A stretch of 60,041 bases of DNA, counting the filler, from Squatina squatina (lineage: Eukaryota): assembly GCA_031763465.1 (NCBI GenBank). It is 3 parts of 3 records of this genome, joined end to end, with 100 filler letters (N's around TTAATTAATTAA, not from the genome) between each part and the next. Parts side by side here need not be neighbours in the genome. Positions count along the whole stretch, not along the records: positions 35,358 to 60,041 come from JARFOE010000013.1; 2 more parts are not named here. The stretch is one strand, 5' to 3'. The notes under the pieces were generated by a model, which worked only from the letters and a program-made list of their open reading frames with translations, did not search any database and was not told the origin of the DNA. Each line of letters starts with the position of its first letter. Position 1 is the first letter of the stretch. Shown here piece after piece: positions 39,964 through 53,646 of this stretch. The position numbers and the translations under genes were made by a program.

Positions 39964-40219
39964 CATTAATTAGGTATGGATGATTACAGCACTTTCTCAG
40001 TTCCATCATAGTGTTCAGAAGATTGGGCACATTGGTTTGACCAGCTCCCTTAGAGAGGAAGGCAAAGTTTCTCTCCAAGATAGCTCGGTAATATTTCTTT
40101 TGAATGTTGGTCAGTTCTACTTCAATGATGGTTTCTTCTTTTGGAGCCAGATTTTTTTCCACATCTTCCTTCAAGCGCCTCAACATCATTGGTTTCAAAA
40201 TAGCCTGAAGCTTTTGTAC
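39964..40219 (-). CDS. CHD7: CHD7 exon (about exon 15; SNF2 ATPase)
   Basis: 256 nt, tacag/gtaag; [52 protein letters not shown]. Confidence 0.95.
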
Positions 40220-41184
40220 CTGTAATAGTTATTCAAACCTTTGAGTGTGCAGAATACTAAACAGCCTCTGAAAACACAAACTGGAAGTAATACTTATAAG
40301 GTTGTAATTTGAGTCCAATGCAATAATTACAAAAGCAAAGTCTTCTGTGAGTTTACAATAAACGGTGTTTATGAGCAGCTCTCAATAGAGCTCTGTCGTA
40401 AAAAATACTTTCAGAGAAGGAATCCACAATCAAGCCCTTATACATAATGCTGTTTAATATAATAAATTTGCAGATTGGACTTGTCTGTTGCCACCTTGGC
40501 TGTTATAAAAATAAAGCATCGTTATTAAGCAGCAAAGGGTTACAAGCTGTAAATGTGTATCGAAGGGAATTTCTTGCTTCAAAGCAAGAATTTCCTGAGA
40601 ATGCAAAGGCTCCAACATGTGCTCCACACAGTACATTCCAGAATGTGCTTGGAGGTTTTTCCAAAAGTACCGCAGATTAAGTATGATTCTTGTATCAGTA
40701 AAGTTTCCACAGTGGAGTTTGGGAAAAGCGTGCCAGAATCTTCTACGGATCTATCACATTTAAGGAATAAACTAAGTAAAATTGTGGACAGTGGTTGCTT
40801 CATTGGGTGAAAAATGGAAAGGATATAAATCCAGTAATATTTCTCTTAGTTTTATTTTGTTACCCGATAAAGGGATCACTGCAATCCAAAAACTTTATGT
40901 AATTCTCCAGTATTAAATTGCTGCTCTACCTTTGGGCTAGTTAGTAGAAGCATCACCCACTATAGAACTGAGCTGTACAGATTAGCAAGATTCCAGATTT
41001 TAGCTGTTTCCTGATCTCAGCCAAGGAGGGTTTACTGGAGGCGACAGAGGCTGGGATGAGATTTCCAACAGTCGATGGANNNNNNNNNNGGACTTAGGGC
41101 AAGGCGAAGGCAGGTGATGTTTTGAAGGTGGAAGAAGGCGTAGTCTTTGTGATGGAGAGGATATTATTAAAAATTATGGCATAA

Positions 41185-41428
41185 ATACCCACAAGATCAG
41201 GTCAGAGGGTGGGTATTTTGCGGCGAGTGTCTCACCTCCTGATTTCCCAAAGCCTTTCCACTGTCTGCAAGTCACGAATCAGGAGTGTGACTGAATACTC
41301 CCCACTTGCCTGGATTTGTGCAGTTCCAACAACACTCAAAGAGCTCAACACCATCCAGGACAAAGCGGCCAGCTTGACTGGCACCCCATCCACCATCTTA
41401 TACATTCACTCCTTCCACCACCGGCGCA
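41185..41428 (+). mobile_element. RTE-X-like LINE ORF C-terminal fragment
   Basis: GILRRVSHLL..LSTVCKSRIRSVTEYSPLAW..LKELNTIQDKAA..SFHHRR, a post-RT region motif. Clade assignment is from memory. Confidence 0.65.
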
Positions 41429-42168
41429 NNNNNNNNNNNNNNNNNNNNNNNNNNNNNNNNNNNNNNNNNNNNNNNNNNNNNNNNNNNNNNNNNNNNNNNN
41501 NNNNNNNNNNNNNNNNNNNNNNNNNNNNCCCCCCCCCCACGGGCGCAGAATCTAGTCCCGAGCTGGAGGCAGATCCCACCTCCACCCTCTCTGCACACAG
41601 TGCAAGCCTCCCAAATGCGTCATGGGTGAGTCAGCCCCGGATTTCGCACACCGTCCCAACCTTATGGATAATAACCAGGTTTATTTTCTGGGCGGGCGGA
41701 TGGCTCCTCCGCACGTTCTGCTGTGACTGCCTGGAAAGGGCAGCCTGTTGCTCGAGTACCTTTCGCAGTCTCCACGGACTGCAGGAGCATAGCAACCACT
41801 AAACATGACAGTTCGCGGCTCGAGGAATGCACCACGAGGCCAGCAGGCCTATCAGATTCGGAAGCAGTCTGCTGTGGAGGTCGGATGACTACCTGCCTCA
41901 TTCCTCCGGCCCAGCCGGCAATCAAAACAGGACTAGGGTGACCAGATCTCAAGATTTCCAAATCAGCAAAAAGAAACACGAAGCTGCTGTTGAGAGCCAA
42001 ATCTCTCACACCTGTTAAATGTACAAAAATCTAAATCATAATGTGGCAATATATGTTCTGCATGTCTAACAAATGTCAGAGGGTACATATCTCATTTTTG
42101 GTAGATGCAAAATAACGTTACTCACCAACAATGTACATTTCATTCAATGTTACAGAAAATGTACTGAC

Positions 42169-42345
42169 CAGATCCATTAGCTTTAGTCCTTCCAAAAGTT
42201 TGCAGTTTCTGTTCTTCAGTCTGTGGGCTTCATCAATTATCACGCAACGCCATGCAATATTGCGCAGTTCAGGGCAATCAGTTAAAATCATTTCAAATGT
42301 AGTGATGATGGCATGGAACTTGTATGCTCCCTGAATTATATGACC
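42169..42345 (-). CDS. CHD7: CHD7 exon (about exon 13; DEAH Walker B)
   Basis: 177 nt, ttaag/gtcag; [59 protein letters not shown]. Confidence 0.95.
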
Positions 42346-42688
42346 CTTAAAATAGGACAAGCTAGATTAATTTCCTTTTGTAGTTGAAAATTTAAACCAA
42401 AAAAACTTCTGTTTTGATACATTTATAAAATCAAGGTTAGTATTAATTTGTTACAATTTAAGTGAATGGATCCCTGATCAGNNNNNNNNNNNNNNNNNNN
42501 NNNNNNNNNNNNNNNNNNNNNNNNNNNNNNNNNNNNNNNNNNNNNNNNNNNNNNNNNNNNNNNNNNNNNNNNNNNNNNNNNCATGCTTCTAAGACAGTGA
42601 AAAAGCTCTGAATGGAAATACTGATGTAAAAGTTTCAAATGCACAAAACACACTCTATAAAGGCAAGTTTAAAAATTATACAATCATA

Positions 42689-43052
42689 AAGGCAAGATAC
42701 TGTGGATGCTGGAAATCTACCTTCAATTCCTGTCAACTACGGTGGCGCCACTTTACAGCCTTCCGGACGCAACATCGAGTTCAATCATTTCAGATCATAA
42801 CCACTGCTCCCATTTGTTTCAGACACCAGATGCTGGAAATAATTCTGCTGTTCATTAAATCAGTCCTGCCTTCCATCCTATCACAGACCTTTCCTTTTGT
42901 TCTTTCCTCCTCTCCCCCACCCTTCCCTGCACCTGTATCTGTACTTGTTTAATACCTGTTACATCTGTAACATTTTCCAGTTCTGAAGGTCACAGACCTG
43001 AAAAGTTAACTGTTTCTCTCCATAGATACTGCCTGACCTGCTGAGTACTTCC
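42689..43052. mobile_element. Penelope-like element terminal repeat fragments in inverted arrangement
   Basis: Forward gaaggtcacagacctgaaaagttaac..ctgcctgacctgctgagtacttccagcattttctg; reverse gatactgtggatgctggaaatct at about 42697. Related copies at 45225-45360 and 10081-10135. Confidence 0.55.
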
Positions 43053-43641
43053 AGCATTTTCTGTTTATATTTAACATATGTTAGAGACCTTATTTTTAAT
43101 ACTAAGATCACTGGTTATTGACAGAAGATGGCAGCCAAAAAGTGTTTTTTTTGTTGTTGAGTGATTTAATTAATCTCCTTTCTGCTCCTTGTTAATTTTA
43201 TCGGTGTTTGCTGCTGCTATTTTTTTTTTAAATTTATTTCCTACTTCTTTGGTACTTCTTGATGGGTAGTTTTTGTCTTTTTTTGCTACTTGCTCATTGG
43301 TATATTTCCTACCTGTCCATTTGTAATTTGTGAAATGTTTATGAAAATAATAGTGGAGTTAATTGTAAGAGATACAGAGGTGTAAAACATTAGTAAGTTT
43401 CTCAGTTAATATGAGGTAGCCACCAAGTCTTTCATGAGAACATTGAGAGGCACACAAATTGAGTCTGAGGCTACTTATTTTTCCACTCAGTACCTCCCAA
43501 AACCATGCTCAGGGCAGGAACCCTTATGGGCTTCAACAAGGACATAATTTTCATCAATCTACTTTATCGTACAGTATCAATAATGTGGGGAAAGTATACC
43601 AATGCATTTCAGCTTTAAACTAAAACCACAAATATACTTAC

Positions 43642-43697
43642 TAGTTTTTGTATTTGACAAATAATTCTTCTACTTCCACTTCTTCTCCGGACTCGGT
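43642..43697 (-). CDS. CHD7: CHD7 exon (about exon 7; chromodomain 1)
   Basis: 56 nt, ttcag/gtaagt; TESGEEVEVEELFVKYKN (human KESGEEVEIEEFYVKYKN). Absent from the ORF track. Confidence 0.9.
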
Positions 43698-45224
43698 CTG
43701 AAATCAGAAGCACATTTTAGAATCTGATGTTAGCACAAATCATTTCTCACTGTCATTTAAATCTCTAGGCACTTCACTACTATGAAGTGGTTAGGGACAC
43801 AGTTGTAATGTGCTTAAGTAGAATTAGAAAGAAAAGAACACCAAAAGTTTCCTTTGGCGGGGATTACTTTTTTCCCCTGCAAAACCCCTACAAAAAGCTA
43901 TCAATTCCAACTACTCTGCTTACTGTGTCAACCAACTCATGAATCATTTTATCTCCTCCTTAACCACCAGCTACTCCATTCACAATAACCTGACCTCGAC
44001 CTGGCTTCCTGCCAAACCCACAGCGTTAAGCAGATGCCAAATGTACCATTTCCTGAGGCAGCAGCCAGTTTGCAGCTGCACTACTGGAAGCCACATGTAT
44101 TATTGTTGGCAATCTTAAAAACTAATCTCAAAAAGTGTTACTATTTAAAATATAGCCCCTGCTTTACCAGTGAAAATTTTACACTCAAACAGAAGCTAGT
44201 AAACCCAGAATTATGTATTATTGTTGTAGTATAGGTACATTTTATATTGATACGTTTCAAGTATATGGNNNNNNNNNNNNNNNNNNNNNNNNNNNNNNNN
44301 NNNNNNNNNNNNNNNNNNNNNNNNNNNNNNNNNNNNNNNNNNNNNNNNNNNNNNNNNNNNNNNNNNNNGAACAGGCAAGACAATGCCTCATTTTTACATT
44401 TCATCCAAAACATAGCACTAACAACAAAACACTCCCTCAAAAATGCACTGAAGTGTCAAATTAAATTGTGATCATGTTCTGGAATGGGGCTTTAGCCTGC
44501 AACCTTCTGTCTCAAAGGACGGTCCAACCACCGAGCCAAACCGATGCTTGCTGACAGGATTTATTTTTAGTTGGTTGCCCTCCTTAGGAAATTGAGTAGG
44601 TTGGATAGAGCCTGTGATAGAGCACATTTTGTACATGGTATAAGGAAGAAGCGGGTTTGATAGACCAAATAAGCTGTTCTTGTATATAGTGCAAGCCTTT
44701 TATAATGCACTAATTTGATTTCTCTGGTTTAACTCATGAATAACTCACCCAGGGAAGGGACCACCCAATGACAGATATTCTGAACCTTTAAAAAAAAAGC
44801 CTATGAGGTGCACTCAAAGTAAATGGTTAAGTTCTGAAGTTGAAGGCAAACTCTAGATATAGCATTGCTTCATTAGCATGACAAAATCACATTGTTTCAG
44901 ATAATCAAATCGTGGCTAATTTACCTATATTTTCTGCAAACACTTTATTAAACTGGAAAAAGATATTCCTGTCCACGAAAACCAATGAAACACTCATTAC
45001 TTTTAATACATTTTGTTGGGGACTGATTTTGCCTGGTTTACTCAACTGTTTGGACACATGGACAAAAAATCTTTTAACAAATAAAGTCGATTACTTATGC
45101 TGTGTACAACAGACAGAGGTAATCGTGCCCTTCTTGTGGATGGATCTTTTAAAAAACAGGACACTGCAGGCACAAATAAGTGTAGTTAATGAAAATCCTC
45201 TGATTTCCTTGAGCAGCATTTCTC

Positions 45225-45360
45225 AAAAGAATGAAAGATCATCAACCGGAAATATTAAATTTCTCTCTCTCCACAGATACTGCCCGACCTGCTGACCGTT
45301 TCCAACATTTTCTGTTTTTAATTCAGATTTCCAGCATCCGCAGTATTTTGCTTTTTGTTT
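45225..45360 (+). mobile_element. Penelope-like terminal repeat fragment
   Basis: ctctccacagatactgcccgacctgctgac..tcagatttccagcatccgcagtattttgctttt; same family as 42980-43052. Confidence 0.55.
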
Positions 45361-45640
45361 CTCAAAATATAGGGGTCTATAACACCAACTTCACCAAGGT
45401 TCCCCACTTATTATCACAGACCACCCACAGTAACCCATCACTGCGAGTAACAAAATGTTTTTACATGAACATAACAGAAGTTAAAACCAACTGCAACATA
45501 AAGCAGTGCGTTAATTATTTCATCAAAAAAACACAGCCCATGCAGGTCACAATATTCAAGTAATCATGTATCCTGTATGCAAAGTTCTTATAAACCTATA
45601 TTTTAAATTTATACTTGTTTAAGTTAGAGATTGCATTCAC

Positions 45641-45776
45641 CTGTACCCCCAATTCATCCTCTTCCTGTGGAGATGGAGGTGGCGTTTTGTCCATGTCTGA
45701 ATTTTCAGGAGAAGATTCATGTTTCCTTTTGCCTTTTTTCTTTCCAACAGTTGATTCTGGCGCATTTTTCTTGTTG
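45641..45776 (-). CDS. CHD7: CHD7 exon (about exon 4)
   Basis: 136 nt, tgtag/gtgaa, phase 2-0; NKKNAPESTVGKKKGKRKHESSPENSDMDKTPPPSPQEEDELGVQ. Confidence 0.9.
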
Positions 45777-47999
45777 CTACAAAATATTAACATCTGTTAG
45801 TATAAAGCAGAACAGTAACCAAAACCGTTCATAATATTCCAAATAATACTTTAGATTCCATTAGCTTTTTTGGAAACAGTATTTTGCCCCACAAAGAAAT
45901 CTAACCCCAAACATGCAACAGCAGCACAATCAGGTGGTGAAATTAGGCAATTGGAGGCCGACTTGCATTTCTATTGTTTTCACTTCACTCTGGCTTAAAC
46001 ATGGAGATTCTCAAACATAGTCAAGATTACTCACAATAGGTGCAACCTACCCAATCCAGCAGAATTTNNNNNNNNNNNNNNNNNNNNNNNNNNNNNNNNN
46101 NNNNNNNNNNNNNNNNNNNNNNNNNNNNNNNNNNNNNNNNNNNNNNNNNNNNNNNNNNNNNNNNNNNCCACGTTACTCAAGATCTCTTTTCTAAATGTAG
46201 GGTTTCTGTGGCTGGGACATGCATTCTTCTCTCATTTGAATGTCAACTCTGCTACAGTGCTGAGCTCTGTCCACATCAGGCAGAATTGTGGCACACTGCA
46301 ATGTAATTTAAATGTTCGAGCTTCAAATTTTCTAGCTTAAGTATAAATTTCACTAAATAGCTTTTTCTGAAGCACATCAACAGGTTTGGCCAGATTATGT
46401 GAAAGGGAGGACCTAACTTAAAAAAACATTAAACATAACATTTTTCTAATCACTTTGAATATTGTTCAATTTATTGAGGCCATTAGACATTTGCAGCAAC
46501 TGGTACTGAATTTCGTTTAACTAAGTACTTGTGTCTTAATTTATCAAGTTTTGAGTATTTTTCTTCCAATTATATCAGATGAAAAATGTGTTTGCTGCCA
46601 TTTATCCATAGGTGTTTAACTGAAGTGTTTGCTATTCCATAGTGAAAGAGATACAGTCGAGGAATTCAGAACAGACATCAATGATGCTGGTAACTGTAAA
46701 TCCTAAGGCTTACTACTCAAATGTCAACTGTTCTATAAAATATGTATGCATTTGATTTGTACAGCTACAATTTATGTAATAAGTTATTTCAGTTCATATT
46801 TTAGACATATTTCCTTGAATATCAATTCATTTTAAATAACAAGTTTAGCAACTTCAGTACATTCATTATACTCAATACAAAATAATTAGAAAAGCGAGGA
46901 GGAAGATTTTTTCAATCCCCAAGCACGGTGCTGGACCTTCAGAGATATAGCAGAGAAAAGATAAACGAAGTAACAAGTAAAATTAATTCCAGCAACAAAT
47001 TCATAGCATATTCCATTCAATTTAAGTAATTTATTGATCATGGAAATCATGATTCTGTCTGACTCGAGTAATTTAATCGTGTCTCATGGATCAAGCTCAC
47101 CGCTCTGAAAGATTGGCAACACCTAGTTTAACCTGTTGCAGCCTTCAACAAAACTTGTTACCTTGACCAACCACAAAGGTTATCAGTGTGTAAACAAATC
47201 ACAAAGACAACAAAAATTACTTCAGATTATATCTGTTTTAACCCTGCATTGCTCCCAAGTACCGCGAGAATAAAATCACTTCCGGAAATTTACAACGTTG
47301 AACTGATGTCTTTACTGTACGCAGTGCCGATACAATGTCAAAATTTACCATCAGTGTTAAGTACCATTACTCCTGTATAAATACTAAGACAATAGTTACT
47401 GACTAAGAGAATTTACTTCATGAAACTGCAACTCATACATAACTCAACATACAAGAAAATCTGAATTTGATCCCGTCTTCTCCTTCCTTCCTCCCCCTTC
47501 CCCAATACAGTTGTTCTTGTATATATTGGGTGTAGCAATAGCTTTGCTAATCTTGATCTGCTGTGGGTATCCAGGTGCCAGTCTGAAAGCACCAACTTGT
47601 TTAGAAGAGGTTGTTTATCATAGCAGTGTTTCTCTGGTACTTTATGAACATCACCGTATTCTGAACCTTTGATTGGGCCAGGGTCAATTCCTTTTTGGGC
47701 ATCAAATTTATATTAAAATGTTTGACTTTCCACAGTAATGTTATTTCAGCAGCTTTCACTTCTGGCAACTATATGCAATGCTGAATTATTTACACAGGAT
47801 ATTATTTTTCTAACACCTTATTACATTTGCAATAATTAGTAGATTGGAGGAACGCACCCCAATGAAGCATAAGTCAAACACAAATATCTCAGACAGCCTC
47901 TAGATTGTTATATGATAAAAGTGCAGCACTTCAACATTGCCAGAAAACAAAAATGCAAAAAATCTAATCCTGTGATCAAACAAGATTAACTTTGCCTAC

Positions 48000-48361
48000 C
48001 TTGCATTCTTGTTGCTTTTGATCTTAGCAGTCGCTGTTGACTTGGTTTTTTTTTCCTTGGCTTCTTTGGGCTCCTTGGGGTCTTTCTTTTGTTTTGGTTT
48101 TTTCTTCTTTTTGTTTTTCTCGTCATTTGAACCATCCACTGCAGTGCTAGAGATCACCAGCTGGTCAATTACCTTGGGAATATTCTGCTCACCCCGAGCT
48201 TTAGCTTTAGCAATGGCCTCAGCCACAATGCGATTGGCCTTCTCTTGCATGCGCTGCTGGTCCAGTGACTTCTGTCGCTCTTCTCCACTTGCTAACTGAG
48301 AATTTTGTCCACTAATCTGAGTCATGTCTGACTGAGTATCAGCCAACGTATTTGAAAGCGA
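48000..48361 (-). CDS. CHD7: CHD7 exon (about exon 3; lysine-rich region)
   Basis: 362 nt, tttag/gtagg, phase 0-2; ..QEKANRIVAEAIAKAKARGEQNIPKV..KKKKKPKQKKDPKEPKEAKEKK. Confidence 0.9.
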
Positions 48362-49274
48362 CTAAAAGGTAGGAGGAAAAGAGACAAATTAAAATAATCT
48401 TTTAAAGAAATTGCTTGAACAAAATAATTACAGCATCATTACATCTGATGTTATTTGCAATGAGGTGCAAGTATCAGATTCAAGAAGTAGCCCAAGATGT
48501 TTTCATTTTTACATGACAGAAATTTCAGCCCAATTGTTAAAACCAGNNNNNNNNNNNNNNNNNNNNNNNNNNNNNNNNNNNNNNNNNNNNNNNNNNNNNN
48601 NNNNNNNNNNNNNNNNNNNNNNNNNNNNNNNNNNNNNNNNNNNNNNNNNNNNNNNNNNNNNNNNNNNNNNNNNNNNNNNNNNNNNNNNNNNNNNNNNNNN
48701 NNNNNNNNNNNNNNNNNNNNNNNNNNNNNNNNNNNNNNNNNNNNNNNNNNNNNNNNNNNNNNNNNNNNNNNNNNNNNNNNNNNNNNNNNNNNNNNNNNNN
48801 NNNNNNNNNNNNNNNNNNNNNNNNNNNNNNNNNNNNNNNNNNNNNNNNNNNNNNNNNNNNNNNNNNNNNNNNNNNNNNNNNNNNNNNNNNNNNNNNACCT
48901 CCTCGCCGCAGGTACTGGTACATCCTGATCTGTGACTCCAAAAGGTGTCAGTAGTCCACATGTACTACTTAGACAACACCTTCAACGCAAAAATCCCAAG
49001 ATGTTGCACAAAGGGGCGACAAGGCACAGAACAAGGACAGGGAGACAGTAAGGAGGCGACCAAAGGCATAGTTACAGAAGGAGGTTTAGAGCAGGCTTTT
49101 GAAAGTAAAGAAAATGCAGTAAGCCAATAGCAGCATCAATTGGAGAGGCGATAGGTGAAAGGAATGGTCAACAGTATAGAAGCTCTTGAGGGATAATCCT
49201 GTGATTGCAGCAGCTCAGAATGTTGAGGAGTCAGACGAAAAGCAGACAAGGGCAACTCAAATAGGGTACCAAAG

Positions 49275-49590
49275 ACTAGTGGCTCTAATACTGGACTAGC
49301 AACACAGTCGCAACTTCAAATCTCATGCTGGGAAAATGAATTCAATAAATCTTGTAATTCGTGGGATGGCACCAGACAAAATGACCAGATCGTCATAAAA
49401 CCCAACTGATTCACTCATGTCCTTTCGAGACGGGATGTACCTTCCCCATCCAGTCTTGCCTACATGCAACTCCAGTCTCATACTACATGGTTGACTCTTA
49501 ACGCCCTCAGGGAATCTAGCAATGGCAGTAAATAGTAGTGGTGAGCAGGAAATACTGCCTTGCCAGTGTCACCCACATTCCAAGAACAAA
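49275..49590 (+). mobile_element. SINE-like repeat, same family as 32590-32850
   Basis: Shared core as noted for 32590-32850, ending gccttgccagtgtcacccacattccaagaacaaa. Confidence 0.6.
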
Positions 49591-49804
49591 TAATAAGAGT
49601 GAGCTAGGAAAGATAGCGAGGAAATTGGGTGGACCAGAAAGGAAAGTCGGAAGTGGGATGGTAGTTGAAGAGGACAGAGCGTAGTTTTTTTTTTAATATA
49701 TAAAAGGGACTTTATAATGACAGTACCTCACCGAGTGGCCATTTTTCACTTCCAAACCTAAACAATTCATGTCAGTAGGCTATATTCTAGCCCATGCAAA
49801 GTTA

Positions 49805-50390
49805 CACTTATATAGCAACTTCAAATGTGGAGAAACATCCCAACTTAGTTCACAGAGGAGATAAAAATAAACAGCGAACATAAATGGAGGAATTAAGAAA
49901 TACTGTACATGGTTGAATAAGTAGGTTTTAAAAGGGGGAAAGAAATGCAGAGAGCTTTAGGGAGGAAAAAGCTCCAGTAAGTAGGGTTCAGACAGCTGAA
50001 AGCTCTGCTACAGATAGTGGAAAAGAGAAGTGGTGCAGAGGCCAGAATTAGAGAAAAAGTTCTTAGGACAAGTATAAGGGGGTTGGCATGAGACCATGGT
50101 GGGGTGTGTATGAGGGAAAGGTTTTGAAATGTGGTGTTGAGTAATAGAGAGCTAATGCAAGTTAACTAGGATGTAGTGCAGGACATGATGTGGGTGACAG
50201 AATTTTGGTGAGTTGAGGTAGGGCTTGGCCAAGCGGCAAGAAATCAAGTCTGGAAGTGACAAAAAAGCATGGATCAGATTTTAGGCTTCAGTGGTAGTGA
50301 CGTAGGGGCCAGGAGAGCAATGTTGTAGAGATGGAAGGAATCTTGGCAGTGGCCAGGTAATGAGCTTTGTCGCTCAGCTCTGGGTTAGCC
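49805..50390 (-). mobile_element. Degraded L2 LINE 3' region
   Basis: cacttatatagc..gtaggtttta..tttagggagg..cagctgaaagc..aagtctggaagtgac; homologous to the 38518-38760 copy. Confidence 0.5.
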
Positions 50391-51996
50391 TAACTTAAGC
50401 TTAAATTTAAAATTCAAAGATTATCCAGGTTATCTTTGTTTAAATTTTTTAAAATGTCATTCACGCATCAGAAATGAATAAGTAAAGCTACGCACATGCA
50501 TTTAGTAATGTACATATATGGTTAAAAAAGTTCCCTGACACCATGGTTGAGTGAACAGCCAAGATAATTCGGCTGCCCATTCACACTATTGTTTCTGCTT
50601 GAATTTTATTTCCGAACAATAAAGAGGGAAGGAGAGAAGTTAAAACCCAGATAACTCTTCTGCCATAAGAGTTTTATTCATGAAACTTGGATGATTCAGC
50701 ACTTGTATGGAAAAAAAATCGATACAATAATTCTCTCAGTCAATGGGTCCATGCTCATATTTGCAATTAGGGCCAATCTCGCATGTTAATATTAAACAGT
50801 GTATCGCTACAATTTTTAAAAGGGGGCATTTGCTATTGCTGAAGTCTTTATTTTTTTTTTATCAAGTTACGAAATGGATCCCAGAAGTGTAAATATTTTT
50901 GAAGAAAAAAAAAAGTTTTTTGTAAACAAGNNNNNNNNNNNNNNNNNNNNNNNNNNNNNNNNNNNNNNNNNNNNNNNNNNNNNNNNNNNNNNNNNNNNNN
51001 NNNNNNNNNNNNNNNNNNNNNNNNNNNNNNAGGGATATGGTAAGACAAAGAGGATGAGGAAAGACATATTCACAGAGAATATCTTTTGTGATTATGACTA
51101 GTGCACTCTCAGTAATGTGGACGACACAGAAGCTAGACTAAAGTGCCTCAAACAAGTAGTCATGGGACCACTGTCAAGAGGTAACGATGCACTTAAGTGT
51201 TCAGAAAGAAAGGGAAGGCTGAAGATGGGGTAGATTTCTTGAGGGGAGATAACATTTTGAAGGAAATAAGCACAGTGCTGAAGGAAGATTGGTTGGCATC
51301 AGCAAGCATGAAGCTGAGGAGATAAAGTGTAGTCAGGAGCTGGGACAGGAAGGGAATTGAGGAAGCAAATGGTAGGTTTCCTGCTGAGATGGAGAAACTG
51401 CAGAATTGGATAGTTGAGGCTTCAGCTCGATAGAGGGCAGAGAAAGTTGGAATTGCAGAATGGAGGATTCAAGGGCAAGTCACAAAAAGCAGTCGCAATT
51501 ATGCAGATGGCTTCAATTTTGAACATGAAAAAGTTCACTTTACTTCATAGCACAAAAATGGCAAGCAACATTGATGGCATAAATGTAACCATTGATCAAC
51601 AGCATAGTTGAACACTGTTTCAAGCAGGTAATGTGTCCTCACCTGTCCTATGATTGGAGGATTTAATCCAGAATAGCAGATGTGTAAAAATAATCTACCC
51701 TGGGATTTGCATGCTGAAACCGTGTTCTCCATTTCAACCACATATTAACTCATAGATTTTCTTCAAAACATTTAATTCCGAGCTGTGTGTACATGTGTTG
51801 TTTAAAAAATAAAATTTCAAGCAACATAGGAGCTGGAAATTGCATTATTTAATTCACAATCATTTTCATGCTAAACAACTCATGATGCAGATTTTGATAA
51901 CTATCCATACTTTAACAGCTGTTAACATGCAGCAATGGAGCACATTTTGCATACTCAAACTGCAATTAAACTCAGCCATAATTCAGATACACTCAC

Positions 51997-53646
51997 CTGA
52001 TGTTGAGCAGGCACTTGTTGTGATGTAGCCTTAGGTGATGAATGTTGTGACTGTACCCACGGCTGATGCTGATGAGGTGTAGGAGAAGTTTGATGATGCA
52101 CTGTTGGATGCTGTTTCACAGGTGGACAAGTTGGCAATTGAGGCTGAAAAGGCTGATTCGGGTGCTGCTGGCCTGACATTCGGCGCTCCTGCATCACCTG
52201 ATCTGCATGATTTCCACTGGGACCCAGTGCGCCGACTGGTCTTGGAAGGTTGCCAATATCCCTTGGCACAGAAGAGCTCATGTATTGTTGTGTCTGCATG
52301 CTTCTAGGGCCCATGCTCCTCTGTCCAAGTCCCATGGTACCCGGGGACTGATGTGGCTGTTGAGGCAGGGGCATGTTTGAATAGCTTCCAACTTCGAGCT
52401 GCATTCCAGCACTGCCAGGCCTAACTTGTGGTGGAGGGGTGCCTGCTGGGTTACTCATAGCTTTCATAGGTGACATTGGAGGTGGAGAAGCATAAGTTCC
52501 CTGAGACTGTGTGGGGTGCATAGTTTGTGCATTAATTTGGTTAAGTGGACCACCTGGATGTATAGGCTGCTGGTGCATTAGTCCTTGGCTNNNNNNNNNN
52601 NNNNNNNNNNNNNNNNNNNNNNNNNNNNNNNNNNNNNNNNNNNNNNNNNNNNNNNNNNNNNNNNNNNNNNNNNNNNNNNNNNNNNNNNNNNNNNNNNNNN
52701 NNNNNNNNNNNNNNNNNNNNNNNNNNNNNNNNNNNNNNNNNNNNNNNNNNNNNNNNNNNNNNNNNNNNNNNNNNNNNNNNNNNNNNNNNNNNNNNNNNNN
52801 NNNNNNNNNNNNNNNNNNNNNNNNNNNNNNNNNNNNNNNNNNNNNNNNNNNNNNNNNNNNNNNNNNNNNNNNNNNNNNNNNNNNNNNNNNNNNNNNNNNN
52901 NNNNNNNNNNNNNNNNGAGCGGGACGCACGGAAGGGCCCCTGTTGGGGGTGTGCTGGGGCATGTGAGATACGTGGCCTGGTCCTGAAGTTCCCATGAAAG
53001 GATGTCCCTGACTGAGGGCCTCTTGACCCTGAGTGAATTGGTTCACCCTCTGCTGCTGAGGCTGGTTGTGCTGTTGCAATGAATAATCACTACGCGTCAG
53101 GTAATTCCCCATCTGTTGCATATGCTGAGCATGCCCTTGCCCCGGAGGAGGTGGCTGTGGTTGCTGCTGTTGCTGGAAGGCAGGTCGGGTCTGTTCTGGC
53201 ACCTGGACAGCACGTGGTCCCCACATGGAGCTGCTTTCCACAAATTGCTGCCCACACCTTTCATTCTGCATAGTAGGGTATACTCCCATCTGAGCACCAC
53301 TGTGAGGGACTGGTGGAACTGAAGGATTGTGGTACTGCGAGTGAGGCGATGCCATGCCATTCCCAGGAGCATTACCAATCATTCGATTAGGCTGGTCTAC
53401 CAGATGCATTTTCTGCTGTTCAAACGGACCAAAATGATCATAATGTGTCAGCTTAGTTTGAGTCTGAGTGGGTGGGGGATGATGGAGGGGAGACTGCATG
53501 GAGCCAAATCCTTGATCCATGGGTAGTTGTTGCCCAAGAGCATTCACTGGATTCTCTGAAAAACCACATTCTCCAAGACCTTCAAGCCCTTCACTGAAAA
53601 TGTTCCCATCATCACCAAACAAACTCAGCATACCAGGATCTGCCAT
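51997..53646 (-). CDS. CHD7: CHD7 first coding exon (exon 2), Q/P/H-rich N-terminus, with an internal gap at 52591-52916
   Basis: ATG at 53646 (gaagATGg); [66 protein letters not shown] is diagnostic of CHD7; donor cag|gtgagt after 51997. Confidence 0.96.
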
